Shown: positions 1 through 10,253, numbered from the stretch's first letter. The stretch is DNA of 64,000 bases from an uncultured Actinomycetota bacterium (GCA_964578625.1 CAZODQ010000001.1:153793-217792), one strand, 5' to 3'. Notes: generated from the letters alone by a model not told the origin. Made by a program: numbers and translations.

Positions 1-710
1 CCATGTAAATCATATAAATGCTCTAAAACATTCCACATTGATATACAATCATAATCCCTACCCAATTTATCAGAGTCTAGATTTTCAAAGCTTGAAGAAA
101 TATACTGAATACCTTTACTTTCTTTATAAATATTACTATATCTTTCATTAACATCAATACCTACACATTGTTCCCAACCATTCTTAAAAGCCATTTTTAA
201 ATATACTCCTGCTCCACATCCAATATCCATAATTTTTTTCTTACCACCAATAATAAGCTGCCTTACTAGATCTAAACCATATTGATATTTAATCTTATCA
301 ATCTCAATTTGAATTGGCACTGTATAAATATCGGAAGCAGTCTTATCATCTTCATAAATTTTCATTGCCTCTGAATATTTTATTCTTGGATTTAAATACC
401 TATGGGTGCACTCTTTACATCTGTAAATATCCAGTCCCATCCTGGAAAGAAAAAATTTGTTATCATTTGATCTACAGACAGGGCATCTCTTAACTTCCTC
501 CCAATATCCCTGTTTTCTTTGGAATCTTTCTACACCAGTGTCGACTACAACCTTTGCATGCTCTCTGATTAGAAATCCACTCGATGGCTTACCTTTTCCA
601 GCTCTATTAGTGTCAAAATGAAATTTCTTTGCCCCATAAACAAGATTTCCATCAAACTTATTTTTTGCAGCTAATCTTTCCTTAAAACTTCTTATATTAA
701 ATTTTGCCAT
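1..710 (-). CDS. Class I SAM-dependent methyltransferase with N-terminal Zn-ribbon (partial, runs off the left edge)
   Basis: Not in the ORF track. Hand translation from ATG at 710 gives MAKFNIRSFKERL...CPVCRSND...YRCKECTHRYLNPR...IMDIGCGAGVYL...VGIDVN...DCISMWNVLEHLYD, i.e. a CxxC..CxxC pair, SAM motif I and the VLEH motif. Confidence 0.85.
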   Translation of the reverse strand, partial: MAKFNIRSFKERLAAKNKFDGNLVYGAKKFHFDTNRAGKGKPSSGFLIREHAKVVVDTGVERFQRKQGYWEEVKRCPVCRSNDNKFFLSRMGLDIYRCKECTHRYLNPRIKYSEAMKIYEDDKTASDIYTVPIQIEIDKIKYQYGLDLVRQLIIGGKKKIMDIGCGAGVYLKMAFKNGWEQCVGIDVNERYSNIYKESKGIQYISSSFENLDSDKLGRDYDCISMWNVLEHLYDLH

Positions 711-725
711 AAAAATCTCTAAAAG

Positions 726-1445
726 TTACTTTATCGCTAAAAATCCTTCAAAACAAACATATTTAAACACTGTCAGTATATCAATAAAACCAGCCCTTTT
801 AAGCAAATCAATATTTCCTTGAGTTGAGAAAGGTTCTAAAACACCTTTTAAGCTCCTTGACTTAGTTATTATTTCTTTAGGTGTATAACCTTGTTCCAGC
901 TTATAATCATTATAAATGCTTGTCATCATGTCCTGGAAACGTGCATCATTTGCTCTTACTTTTTCAAACATTAAAAAAGCTCCTCCCCATTTCAAGACAT
1001 TAAAAATTTTATTAATTAACCGTTGTTTTTCACTGGGGCGGATAAACTGTACAGTATAATATGCAATTATCATATCTGTACTTTCCAGTTCATACTGGAC
1101 AATATCATCAACAAAAAAATCTACATTATCAATTTTTAATTCTTTCTTTCTTTTTTCTGCTACCTTTATCATATCCTCTTCAATATCAATTCCAATAAAC
1201 TTTGACTCAGGCTTAAGCTTATTATATTTTGAAAGCTTCAAAACTAATTCTCCTGTTGAACAACCAAGCTCATATATCAGTGAATCTTTCTTTATGAAGA
1301 AATCACTTATACTGCAAACTAATTTATGACCATCAAAGTAATATGGAACTGATTTTGAAACATGAGCAACAAAATTTTTAGCAACATCACCCTTGAAATT
1401 CCAATTAGCATTATTAACTTCCAAACCATCTCCTGCATTAGGCAC
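726..1445 (-). CDS. CmoA-family (carboxy-SAM synthase-like) SAM-dependent protein
   Basis: WNFKGDVAKNF..HVSKSVPYY, YELGCSTG, YTVQF, GGAFLMFEK and KLEQGYTPKEI..K..SL follow the CmoA pattern along the whole length. Confidence 0.8.
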   Translation of the reverse strand: MPNAGDGLEVNNANWNFKGDVAKNFVAHVSKSVPYYFDGHKLVCSISDFFIKKDSLIYELGCSTGELVLKLSKYNKLKPESKFIGIDIEEDMIKVAEKRKKELKIDNVDFFVDDIVQYELESTDMIIAYYTVQFIRPSEKQRLINKIFNVLKWGGAFLMFEKVRANDARFQDMMTSIYNDYKLEQGYTPKEIITKSRSLKGVLEPFSTQGNIDLLKRAGFIDILTVFKYVCFEGFLAIK

Positions 1446-1516
1446 TTTAATCCTCCTTGTTAAAATAAAAAAATGAAGAAGAAAATTATTCTTAATTAAT
1501 AAGAATAAGAGATTTT

Positions 1517-2482
1517 TTATTTATTTATCTTATATTCATACTCCCAATTAAAAACTTGATTTCCGTTAATTTTATTACAAAATCTTCCTCTATAATAATC
1601 CCTATTTAAAAGTTCCATTCTTGTTAGTTCTCTTTTTTCACAACCAAGCATTTTTTCAAACTCAGGAATGTATTTACGAATGTATTTCTTTTGATCACTC
1701 TTTGATAACTTTGAAAAGTACACCAACTCTTTCAGATGTTTTTTACTTATAGAAACTTTCCCATCTCTTGTCTCTCCTTCTGGTAAGACCGTAAAATGTC
1801 TTTCAACAGTATCTGCGCCAAGATAAATTGCAGCAATAGATGCTTTTACTCCATCGACAGAAACAAGAGAGTGTTCACTCAAACCTACTAACGGAGTAAA
1901 TCTTTTTAAATGTTCCATTCTTCTTAAATTTATATATTCCAATGGAGTTGGGTATATTGTAACACAATGGAGAAAAGTAAACTTCTTATTTACGCTATTT
2001 AAATAATTTGCAGTATTTTCAATCTCATAATCATAAGTAGCACCTGTTGATATAATCAATTCGTTAAAATTATCAGCCAGTATTTTTATCATTGGAAGTG
2101 AACCACAATCATAACTTGCAATCTTGATGCTTTGCCACCCAAAATCCTTTAGCTTATAAATAGATGTTATATTAAAAGAAGTCGTCAGTGGTATTAATCC
2201 AGCTGATTCACATTCTTCTATAAAAACTTGATGCTGCCTGTAGGAAAGTTCAAGACCCTTAAGACGTTGATACTCCTGTTTATATGGCCTTTTTATTGTT
2301 ATCACATTTCCTTCAGAATCAATTTTACCCTCTTCAAACTCTTTCCTAAAAGAAAGGTCGTCAGCAAAAATAGTCTGAATTTTTCCATGAGTAGCTCCGC
2401 CTTCCGCAGCTTCCCAGATCATCTTTTTTAAAATGTCAAAGTCACCATTATGATTTTGACAAAATTCAGCAATAATCTTCAT
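1517..2482 (-). CDS. N-acetylneuraminate synthase (NeuB/SpsE) family protein
   Basis: IIAEFCQNHNGD, KIQT, IKIASYD, IISTG, LHCVTIYPTP, GLSEHS and VERHFT are NeuB TIM-barrel motifs. Confidence 0.88.
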   Translation of the reverse strand: MKIIAEFCQNHNGDFDILKKMIWEAAEGGATHGKIQTIFADDLSFRKEFEEGKIDSEGNVITIKRPYKQEYQRLKGLELSYRQHQVFIEECESAGLIPLTTSFNITSIYKLKDFGWQSIKIASYDCGSLPMIKILADNFNELIISTGATYDYEIENTANYLNSVNKKFTFLHCVTIYPTPLEYINLRRMEHLKRFTPLVGLSEHSLVSVDGVKASIAAIYLGADTVERHFTVLPEGETRDGKVSISKKHLKELVYFSKLSKSDQKKYIRKYIPEFEKMLGCEKRELTRMELLNRDYYRGRFCNKINGNQVFNWEYEYKINK

Positions 2483-3174
2483 TTTTTTATCATAAATACA
2501 TTACCACTGATACAATCCTTAATGATATTATTTTTTAATCTCTTTAATTCTAAAAACTCATTAATAGCTTTTACAGCTCCTGGCCACTTTTCGATATCCA
2601 TTGGTTTATTATATTCATCAAAAGCTATTATTCCTCCTAAATTTACTTTATCATAAAAATAATTTATCGAATTTTTATACGATAAATATAAATCAAGGTC
2701 AAGATGTAACAATGCAATTGGACTTCCGTCATATAATGATAAACTTTCTGGTATAAAACCTTTAGCCAATATTATTTTCCTATCTATATCTGATTTAGAA
2801 ATGCCGAATTCATTTAAAGTTTTGTATACGTATTTGATATCAAACATTTTATATTCATCCATAGAATTTTCGTTAACTAAATTATCTTCATCGGTGAATT
2901 TAGGAAATCCTTCAAAAGAATCAAATCCCCAAACTAACCTATTTTTTTTATCTAATAAAGATAATAAACACATTATTGATAAAGTTATTCCCTCTCCTAC
3001 CCCACACTCTATTATATTTCCTTCTATATTTTCTATAGCTTTAAAAAGGTTGTGGAAATACAAAGATCTTCTTAGAATTTTATCATTAAATAATTTTAAA
3101 TTGGTTTTTTGTAAAGTTTTAATTTTGTTTTTATTGAACAACTTTAGGAATAATTTCTTTAGCTTCCTAAGCAT
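2479..3174 (-). CDS. TylF/MycF/NovP-family O-methyltransferase
   Basis: IEGNIIECGVGEG, WGFDSFEGFP, LLHLDLDLYLS, GGIIAFDEY and WPGAVKAINEF. Confidence 0.88.
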   Translation of the reverse strand: MLRKLKKLFLKLFNKNKIKTLQKTNLKLFNDKILRRSLYFHNLFKAIENIEGNIIECGVGEGITLSIMCLLSLLDKKNRLVWGFDSFEGFPKFTDEDNLVNENSMDEYKMFDIKYVYKTLNEFGISKSDIDRKIILAKGFIPESLSLYDGSPIALLHLDLDLYLSYKNSINYFYDKVNLGGIIAFDEYNKPMDIEKWPGAVKAINEFLELKRLKNNIIKDCISGNVFMIKK

Positions 3175-3192
3175 TTTTAACCCCCCGAATTT

Positions 3193-3999
3193 TTATTTTA
3201 ATTCTTTCCTTAAAGATTTAATAATATAATTGCAATGATCTGTCAAATCACTATCTTTTATTCTTATATACTCATTACTTAAATTATCGGAAATTATTTT
3301 TCCCATAGATGTATTAAAATTATACAGATATATTTCTCTAAAGTAATTTATTGCACCACTCTCGGTAGAATAACGCTCCCCATCAAATGCGAATAAATCT
3401 TTTATTTCTAATTCAGCAGATAATTGAAACAAAACATTTATATCATTTACATTGTTTATATAATAATCTAAATAAAATTCCCTCTTCCCTGATTTATTTA
3501 ATATTATAATTTTTTTATTTTTACATGATAAATAATTTAAATTCAAATCTAAAAATTGTATTATTCTTCTATTATAAAAAACCTCTTTAAATTTGAAATA
3601 CACAGTATCTATTACTCTTTGGAATTGTGAACACTTCGGATAGTATAATATATTTTTTTTACTAATAATTAATTCTTCAAACAATTCCCTTATTAATAGT
3701 TCTGGATTATTTAACTCATCTATATTATTTGCCCTCCCTGTAAAAATTGAAAATTTACCAGGATTTACACTGCATAAATGACTTCTTTTAACTAAAAAAA
3801 TATATTTATTATTTATAATTATAGAACCTCCACCAGAAACCCAAAAAAAAGTATTATCGTTTATTTTCTTATTGAATATTTTATCATTAACAATAAATCT
3901 CCTATTATCAACATTTCTGAGATCAACAACTAAATTATTGTCTCCCATAAAAATAGTTTTATCCCTGATTAAATTGATTATTTTAAAATATTCAGTCAA
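3193..3999 (-). CDS. Hypothetical protein with degenerate Nudix-like box
   Basis: IFLVKRS...NPGKFSIFTGRANNIDELNNPELLIRELFEEL resembles the Nudix GX5EX7REUXEE region. Confidence 0.5.
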   Translation of the reverse strand: MTEYFKIINLIRDKTIFMGDNNLVVDLRNVDNRRFIVNDKIFNKKINDNTFFWVSGGGSIIINNKYIFLVKRSHLCSVNPGKFSIFTGRANNIDELNNPELLIRELFEELIISKKNILYYPKCSQFQRVIDTVYFKFKEVFYNRRIIQFLDLNLNYLSCKNKKIIILNKSGKREFYLDYYINNVNDINVLFQLSAELEIKDLFAFDGERYSTESGAINYFREIYLYNFNTSMGKIISDNLSNEYIRIKDSDLTDHCNYIIKSLRKELK

Positions 4000-4002
4000 A
4001 AC

Positions 4003-5718
4003 TTACCTGTTAGTCATATAGCCCATTGTTGCATAAGAGCAGTTTATATTTTTTTCAAGTTCTTCTTGATTAAAAATACTCCAACCATCAAAAAATAAAA
4101 AAGGTTTATTAGTAAATTGGAGAGCTTTAAAAGTATTAAACTTATTATTTTCATAATGATTATTCATAATTAAAATTATATCAGTGTCTTTAAAACCATC
4201 ATAAATATTATCAATATAATAACACCCTAACTTTTCAATTTGATTCTTATCAACTATGAAATCTTTAACATATATATTATTCTTTTTGGGAAGCAGGTTA
4301 ATTAAGTCAACTGATACAGAATTTCTAATATCGGACGTTTCGGGAACTCCTTTAAATGCTAATCCAATTATAAGTATTTTTACATTGTTTATTCTTTTCC
4401 CTGTTTTTTTACAAAACTTCTTAATTTTATTATAAACATAATTTGCCCCAAATGAATTTATCTTCCTGCCTGCATTACTTAGAATTGCTCCTTCATTAAA
4501 CTCACTTTGGGATAAAGAAAATAAGAATGGATCTTTTGATAAGCATGGACCACCAACACCAGGACTTGGCTTAGATATAGGGTTCCTAATATAGCCATCA
4601 TTTGCTGAATCTATCAGTTTAAACGCATTTATATTATATTTTTCACATATGTAGGCTACCTCATTCGAAAAAGCGAAAGATAAATCTCTGTATGAATTAT
4701 TAACCAATTTTATTAATTCTGCTTCTTCCAAAGACTCGACATCTATTATAGCTTTTGTAATTTTATTAAATAATTTTGTAGTAAGCTCTACACTTTTCTC
4801 ATCGAATCCCCCAATAATTTGGGGTAATGTTCTCAATTCTTCTATTGCTATTCCTTCCACTGTTCTTTCTGGAGCAAAAGATATATAAAAATCTTCTCCT
4901 GCCTTATACCCATTTGATTGTAAAATTGGCAGAACTTCATTTCTGGTTGTTCCAACAGGAACAGTTGACCTAAGTATTACCAGGTCACCTTTTTTAATCT
5001 TATTAGCTATGTCTTGGCTTACTTTACGAATTTGAGACAAATCTGCAATTCTATTAGCTCTATCAAATGGTGTTCCCACACAAATAATATATATATCACC
5101 TTTATTATTATAAATATCTGAAGTAAATTGAATAGAATTCTCCTGAATAGTTGAGTTTAATAAAGAATCTAACCCATTTTCAAAAAAATGGGGCTTTCCC
5201 TTTTGTAAATTTTTTATAATATTTTTATCTTTATCTACACCAGTAACCTGTAAACCGGCATTTGACAAAACAACTGCCAGGGTTAATCCAATATATCCCA
5301 TACCATAAAGCATTATTTTTTTGTTATCTACGGTATCTTCAAAAATTTCAGAAAGTAAGACAACATCATAATAATAACCCTTGCTGTCAATTAATATAAT
5401 CTTTGAATATTTTTTATAAGGTTTATTTCTTTTTTTACATTGATCTAAAATACATTTAGCCATCTGACTTTTATCTAAATCCTTGCTTACTGCCACAGGA
5501 TTAAAATTTGCCACTTTCTCTACCTTATCATTTATACTAATCCCTTTTGAAATACCCCTCCGTATATCTCCATCGGTTAATACACCTATAACTTTATTAT
5601 CATCATTGACAACCACTGCCATACCTGCAATAAATTTATTATCATGACTCCCAGCCATTTTATTTATAGCATCTTTTATAAGAAAATCCTTTTTAATTAC
5701 ACCTTTAAACCTTTTCAT
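4003..5718 (-). CDS. Nucleotide-sugar (UDP-HexNAc) 6-dehydrogenase, WecC/TviB-like, with N-terminal CBS pair
   Basis: N-terminal GVLTDGDIRRG CBS signature, then YGMGYIGL, ICVGTP, ILRSTVPVGTT, FAPER, AELIKLVNNSYRD, PGVGGPCLSKDP and GLAFKG..TSDIRNS. Confidence 0.88.
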   Translation of the reverse strand: MKRFKGVIKKDFLIKDAINKMAGSHDNKFIAGMAVVVNDDNKVIGVLTDGDIRRGISKGISINDKVEKVANFNPVAVSKDLDKSQMAKCILDQCKKRNKPYKKYSKIILIDSKGYYYDVVLLSEIFEDTVDNKKIMLYGMGYIGLTLAVVLSNAGLQVTGVDKDKNIIKNLQKGKPHFFENGLDSLLNSTIQENSIQFTSDIYNNKGDIYIICVGTPFDRANRIADLSQIRKVSQDIANKIKKGDLVILRSTVPVGTTRNEVLPILQSNGYKAGEDFYISFAPERTVEGIAIEELRTLPQIIGGFDEKSVELTTKLFNKITKAIIDVESLEEAELIKLVNNSYRDLSFAFSNEVAYICEKYNINAFKLIDSANDGYIRNPISKPSPGVGGPCLSKDPFLFSLSQSEFNEGAILSNAGRKINSFGANYVYNKIKKFCKKTGKRINNVKILIIGLAFKGVPETSDIRNSVSVDLINLLPKKNNIYVKDFIVDKNQIEKLGCYYIDNIYDGFKDTDIILIMNNHYENNKFNTFKALQFTNKPFLFFDGWSIFNQEELEKNINCSYATMGYMTNR

Positions 5719-6400
5719 TAATTAAACCCTCCAACTCATTGAAAGTATTGATTTCAAAAATATTAAAAATTGAATATTTCTTTGATGTTCTGTTAATTAA
5801 GATAAAATCAACTTCTGCATCCCTGCTTAATTTATAATCATACAGATCATCACCAATAAATAGAAATTTTTCACTCCTGCAGCCAGTATTATTTTCTATA
5901 GATTTAAAATGGCTTTTCCCCTTCGTAAAATTATTTTCCGTTCCAAACACTCCCTTAATATTTTGCCTTAAATCTTTATTTAATTTTTTTGAAGTAAAAA
6001 AAATTAATTCTTCTTGGGGCATCGACGAAGAAATGAAAATATCTTTTTTATTTTTTACTAATAAATCCAAAAAGGATCTCGCGTCCTTGAAAATTTCTGC
6101 CTTTAATAAATTAATTTTATTTAATATGGAAAAATTTTTATTAAAGTTTGAATATTTTATTATGCTGCTATTAACATCTACTTCCCTTAAAATATTTTCA
6201 AATAAAGTCTTTCGCGGTAAACCCGAGTATTTTTCATATAGAAATTTAATCCTGCTTCTAAACATACAATCATTAACTCCAAAACCAATTAGTTTAGTTA
6301 TAGTTTCTATGAAATTTTCAACCTTAATATCCATAGAATCAATTATCGTTCCATCCCAGTCAAAAATGAAGATTTCCTTATTTTTTAAATTTAACTCCAT
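5705..6400 (-). CDS. HAD-superfamily hydrolase/phosphatase
   Basis: IFIFDWDGTIIDS (motif I), ISSS (motif II) and FIGDDLYD (motif IV). Confidence 0.85.
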   Translation of the reverse strand: MELNLKNKEIFIFDWDGTIIDSMDIKVENFIETITKLIGFGVNDCMFRSRIKFLYEKYSGLPRKTLFENILREVDVNSSIIKYSNFNKNFSILNKINLLKAEIFKDARSFLDLLVKNKKDIFISSSMPQEELIFFTSKKLNKDLRQNIKGVFGTENNFTKGKSHFKSIENNTGCRSEKFLFIGDDLYDYKLSRDAEVDFILINRTSKKYSIFNIFEINTFNELEGLINEKV

Positions 6401-7940
6401 GAATTAACTTCTTTAATAAATCTTTAATTCTTAAAAACTCCGCTACCTTCTTTAAGAAACTGTAAATCAAATTTTTTAAATATACAAATCCCTTTTCAAT
6501 TTTAAAACAAAATGGGAATATCCTAACTAAAAAATATAGAAATGCGTTCTTATTATATAAAAAGTTATAATCAAACAATTTTAAAAGTAACTTGTCCACC
6601 TTCCAGATTTTCTCTTTATTTAGATTATTAAAATTATACTTATTTATGTATTCTTCAAAAGCCTGCCTGGAAGGCAGCCTTTTATTTAATTCCTTAAACA
6701 TTACATCATCTAAGTTACAAAAGGAATTTGATTCAGCAAATCTATAAAGAGATGAACCGGGATATGGATAAGCAAATCCAAAACTGAAGACTATTTTTGT
6801 GTTTTTAATAAACTTTATTGTTTTTCTAATAGAATCGTAATTTTCTCCAGGCATATTTAATATAAAAGAACCACCAACAGTTATTGAGGTATTTTTAAAA
6901 TCATTTAAAATTTTATAATACCTCTCAACCGTAGTTTTTTTATTAAAACTTCTCAGCATTAAATTGTCTCCCGATTCAAAACCAAATCCTAATATAATGC
7001 AGCCGCTATCTTCAAGTAATTTAATTGTTTCCTCATCGTAATTGAAATCTGCCCTTGAAAGAGGTATATAAAATACTATTAATTTCCTGTTAATTATTTC
7101 GTTACAAAATTCTTTAACCCATTTTCTAGTAGATAATGTCAATGATTCTGTAAAATTAAAGGCATTGACATTATAAGCTTTCATTAAGTATTCCATATGA
7201 TCAACTAAATATTGAGGAGAAAAATTTCTTCTCATTAAATTCGCAGCTGCACAAAAATTGCATCTGCCGTAGCACCCTCTACCTGAAGTAATTGATGCAA
7301 GCCTTAAATTTCCATTTTTGCTATATTTTTTTATCCTTTTAATTTGAGATTGTTTTAAAGGGAAATCATAATTTTCCGGCTTGACATCCAAAATATAGTA
7401 TTCCATATCAAATAAATCATAAGCAGGAAAGGGTAAATCATCTAAGTACTTGGGAAACTCAAGGGATGGATTTTCAATATAATTACCTTTTTTATCCAAA
7501 TAACTTATACCAGGGATATTAATGATTGATTCATTATTAATAATAGCTTTTACGAAATCTGCAAGCATTAAATCAGCTTCTCCTCTAACAACATAATCCA
7601 CTTTTGTATTTCTTAGTATATATTCAGTGGTATATTCTGCCCAGGCCCCTCCTGCTAGTTGAACTACTTCAGGTAATTCTTTTTTTATCCCGGCTGAAAC
7701 TTCTTTATTAAAAAAAGATGCTTGTATAAATCCAGTCATTCCTACTATCTTCGGTTTTTCTTTAATAACTCTTAATACAACTTCTTCGCTATTTAGTTCT
7801 TCTGCACTTGCATCAATTACGGATACATTTATACCATTATTTCTTAGAATGGAAGAAAGCGTAGCTATCCCATGTGAAAAACCACTATACCCAAAACCAA
7901 AAGGATTTAGAAATATAATGTCATGTGCTGTATCTTTCAT
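6378..7940 (-). CDS. Cobalamin-binding (class B) radical SAM enzyme
   Basis: N-terminal B12-binding domain (GIATLSSILR..G..V.VID, AGGAWA, VRGEAD), SGRGCYGRCNFC CxxxCxxC motif, GFESG and NMPGE. Confidence 0.88.
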   Translation of the reverse strand: MKDTAHDIIFLNPFGFGYSGFSHGIATLSSILRNNGINVSVIDASAEELNSEEVVLRVIKEKPKIVGMTGFIQASFFNKEVSAGIKKELPEVVQLAGGAWAEYTTEYILRNTKVDYVVRGEADLMLADFVKAIINNESIINIPGISYLDKKGNYIENPSLEFPKYLDDLPFPAYDLFDMEYYILDVKPENYDFPLKQSQIKRIKKYSKNGNLRLASITSGRGCYGRCNFCAAANLMRRNFSPQYLVDHMEYLMKAYNVNAFNFTESLTLSTRKWVKEFCNEIINRKLIVFYIPLSRADFNYDEETIKLLEDSGCIILGFGFESGDNLMLRSFNKKTTVERYYKILNDFKNTSITVGGSFILNMPGENYDSIRKTIKFIKNTKIVFSFGFAYPYPGSSLYRFAESNSFCNLDDVMFKELNKRLPSRQAFEEYINKYNFNNLNKEKIWKVDKLLLKLFDYNFLYNKNAFLYFLVRIFPFCFKIEKGFVYLKNLIYSFLKKVAEFLRIKDLLKKLIHGVKFKK

Positions 7941-7957
7941 TTTAATTCATATAAATA

Positions 7958-9262
7958 TTATCTTATCTTTACCGGTTTTTCCCAGAAATAAGGCAATTTT
8001 ACAACACCTAAAAAAGAAAAAGACCAGTGAGGATTGTTATAGTTTTCAGGATTTGCCTCAATGATGAAATGCATAGCATTTTTTATGCCATCCTGCAAGT
8101 CTGGGGCATATATGCTTAAATTGGCATTATATTCTCCCGGTCTTAAATAATTAGGATCTATAATAATTCTTGTGTTATATTCACCTGGTCTTAACTCAAA
8201 TTCAAAAATGTCCGAAAGTGCTGAAAATACTGGCATTTCCAGCATATTCTTCGTTACAAAAGCAAGTTCAAGAAAATTTATTTTCCTGGTGACTCTAAAA
8301 TCTATAGAGAAAATAATTTTTTCTCCTTCTTTAAAAGCACTTTTGGAGTTATTATTATTTCCTAAAATTTTTCCACCTATGAAAAATACTTTGGTATTTT
8401 TTAAATTTATTTTGCTTTCAGGCCGTTTATAATTAGTATAATCGTAATTCCCATCTTTAAAATTTAAATCATTAGTCATACAGGTGCTTAGGTACATATT
8501 TACCACTTTATCAGTTTCATCAAAAGCAGCCATTTCACCGTTTTTTAGCAAAATACATTTCTCAGTTAAATTGCTTATTGCCGCCATATTATGACTTACA
8601 AATAAAACAGTCCTTCCTTCACTTTTTGATGCATACTCCATTTTCCCCAAACACTTTTTTTGAAATTGCGCATCACCTACTGATAAAACCTCGTCTACTA
8701 TTAAAATTTCCGGACTTAAATATGCTGCAACAGCAAAAGCTAACCTCACATACATACCTGAAGAGTATCTTTTAACCGGAGTATCAAGAAATTTCTCTAC
8801 TTCCGCAAACTCGACAATATCCTTAAACTTAACATTAATGTCTTTTTTTGACATTCCTAAAACTGCACCATTTAAATAAATATTCTCTCTTCCTGTTAAC
8901 TCAGGATGAAAACCTGTACCTACTTCCAGTAAACTTGAAACCCTACCACAAATTGTTGCTTTACCCTCTGTTGGTTCAGTAATTCTGCTTAAAATTTTTA
9001 AAAGTGTAGATTTACCAGCACCATTTTTACCTATTATACCTATCCTCTCACCCTTTTTTACCGAAAATGAAATATTCCTCAAAGCCCAGAATTCTTCTTT
9101 TATTGGCACAACAATATAATTATTTTTATGACCCTTAAAAATCTTTAAAAAGATTTTTTTGGATTTTTCATATATCTCATCTCTTAAAGTACTATAATTA
9201 CTTTGTTGATGTCTTATGATGTATTTTTTGCCTAAATTTTCAACTTTGATTGCCGTTTTCAT
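7958..9262 (-). CDS. wzt: Polysaccharide ABC transporter ATP-binding protein with Wzt C-terminal domain
   Basis: [49 protein letters not shown] and VSHN, plus a C-terminal beta-rich extension. Confidence 0.93.
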   Translation of the reverse strand: MKTAIKVENLGKKYIIRHQQSNYSTLRDEIYEKSKKIFLKIFKGHKNNYIVVPIKEEFWALRNISFSVKKGERIGIIGKNGAGKSTLLKILSRITEPTEGKATICGRVSSLLEVGTGFHPELTGRENIYLNGAVLGMSKKDINVKFKDIVEFAEVEKFLDTPVKRYSSGMYVRLAFAVAAYLSPEILIVDEVLSVGDAQFQKKCLGKMEYASKSEGRTVLFVSHNMAAISNLTEKCILLKNGEMAAFDETDKVVNMYLSTCMTNDLNFKDGNYDYTNYKRPESKINLKNTKVFFIGGKILGNNNNSKSAFKEGEKIIFSIDFRVTRKINFLELAFVTKNMLEMPVFSALSDIFEFELRPGEYNTRIIIDPNYLRPGEYNANLSIYAPDLQDGIKNAMHFIIEANPENYNNPHWSFSFLGVVKLPYFWEKPVKIR

Positions 9263-9266
9263 AAAA

Positions 9267-10100
9267 TTATATTCTATCTACAAATGTCCTTTCAGTCTTT
9301 CTAAAATACCATACTCCTATAAATAATAATATTGTTATTATAACAACAGAAAAAATTATACTTAATAATAAATAATTTGTCTGGGTTCCAAAAAAAGCCC
9401 ATCTAAATCCATCTATTATACCCACCATAGGATTTAAAGAATATATAACTCTCCATTTTTGAGGAATTACGTCACTGCTAAAACCTACAGGAGAAACATA
9501 AAGACCAAATTGAATCATAAATGGGACAATATACTGGAAATCCCTATATTTAACATTTAGAGAAGAAATTAAAAAACCTACACCGAGAGATAACAAAATA
9601 GCGAGGATTAAAAATAATGGTATAGTGACAACTTTCCAACCTGGTACAAATCTATACCAAAACATTAAAATTATCAATATTATAAAAGAAATTGAAAAAT
9701 CTATAAATGCAACAATTATGGAACTTGCAGGAACTATCATTCTTGGGAAGTATACTTTCGAAATCATTCCAGCATTACTGACAAGACTACCGCCACTGGA
9801 TTGTAAAGCATTGGCAAAAAATTGCCAAGGCAATAAAGCAACGAATACTAAAATTGGATAAGGCACGTTGTCTGAAGGCAATTTTGCAATTTTCCCAAAA
9901 ATAATTGTAAATACTATCATGGTCAATATAGGTCTTATTATACTCCAGGCAATTCCAATTACTGTTTGTTTATATCTGACTAAAATATCTCTCCATGATA
10001 AGAAAAAAAACAATTCCCTATATGCCCATAAATCAATTAAATATTGTTTTTCATGCTTTCCGGCTTGAATTACTGTTATATTTTTTTTAATTTCCTTCAT
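9267..10100 (-). CDS. wzm: Polysaccharide ABC transporter permease
   Basis: [32 protein letters not shown] and [12 protein letters not shown]; directly upstream of wzt. Confidence 0.93.
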   Translation of the reverse strand: MKEIKKNITVIQAGKHEKQYLIDLWAYRELFFFLSWRDILVRYKQTVIGIAWSIIRPILTMIVFTIIFGKIAKLPSDNVPYPILVFVALLPWQFFANALQSSGGSLVSNAGMISKVYFPRMIVPASSIIVAFIDFSISFIILIILMFWYRFVPGWKVVTIPLFLILAILLSLGVGFLISSLNVKYRDFQYIVPFMIQFGLYVSPVGFSSDVIPQKWRVIYSLNPMVGIIDGFRWAFFGTQTNYLLLSIIFSVVIITILLFIGVWYFRKTERTFVDRI

Positions 10101-10164
10101 GTAATTTATTGCTTAAACATTAAATATAATTTAATAATCTACAGCTGAAAATTAATATCTTAAA

Positions 10165-10192
10165 ATTATAAAGATTTATTTTTCTAGGTCAA
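10165..10192 (-). promoter_or_regulatory. Putative sigma70-type promoter of the wzm-wzt-modification operon
   Basis: Minus strand reads TTGACC-N16-TATAAT, ending 65 bp upstream of the wzm ATG. Confidence 0.55.
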
Positions 10193-10253
10193 ATACTTTT
10201 ATCTGACTGGCATTGCTTTAAACTAATTTTAAAAATTGATATATAGGAACTTT

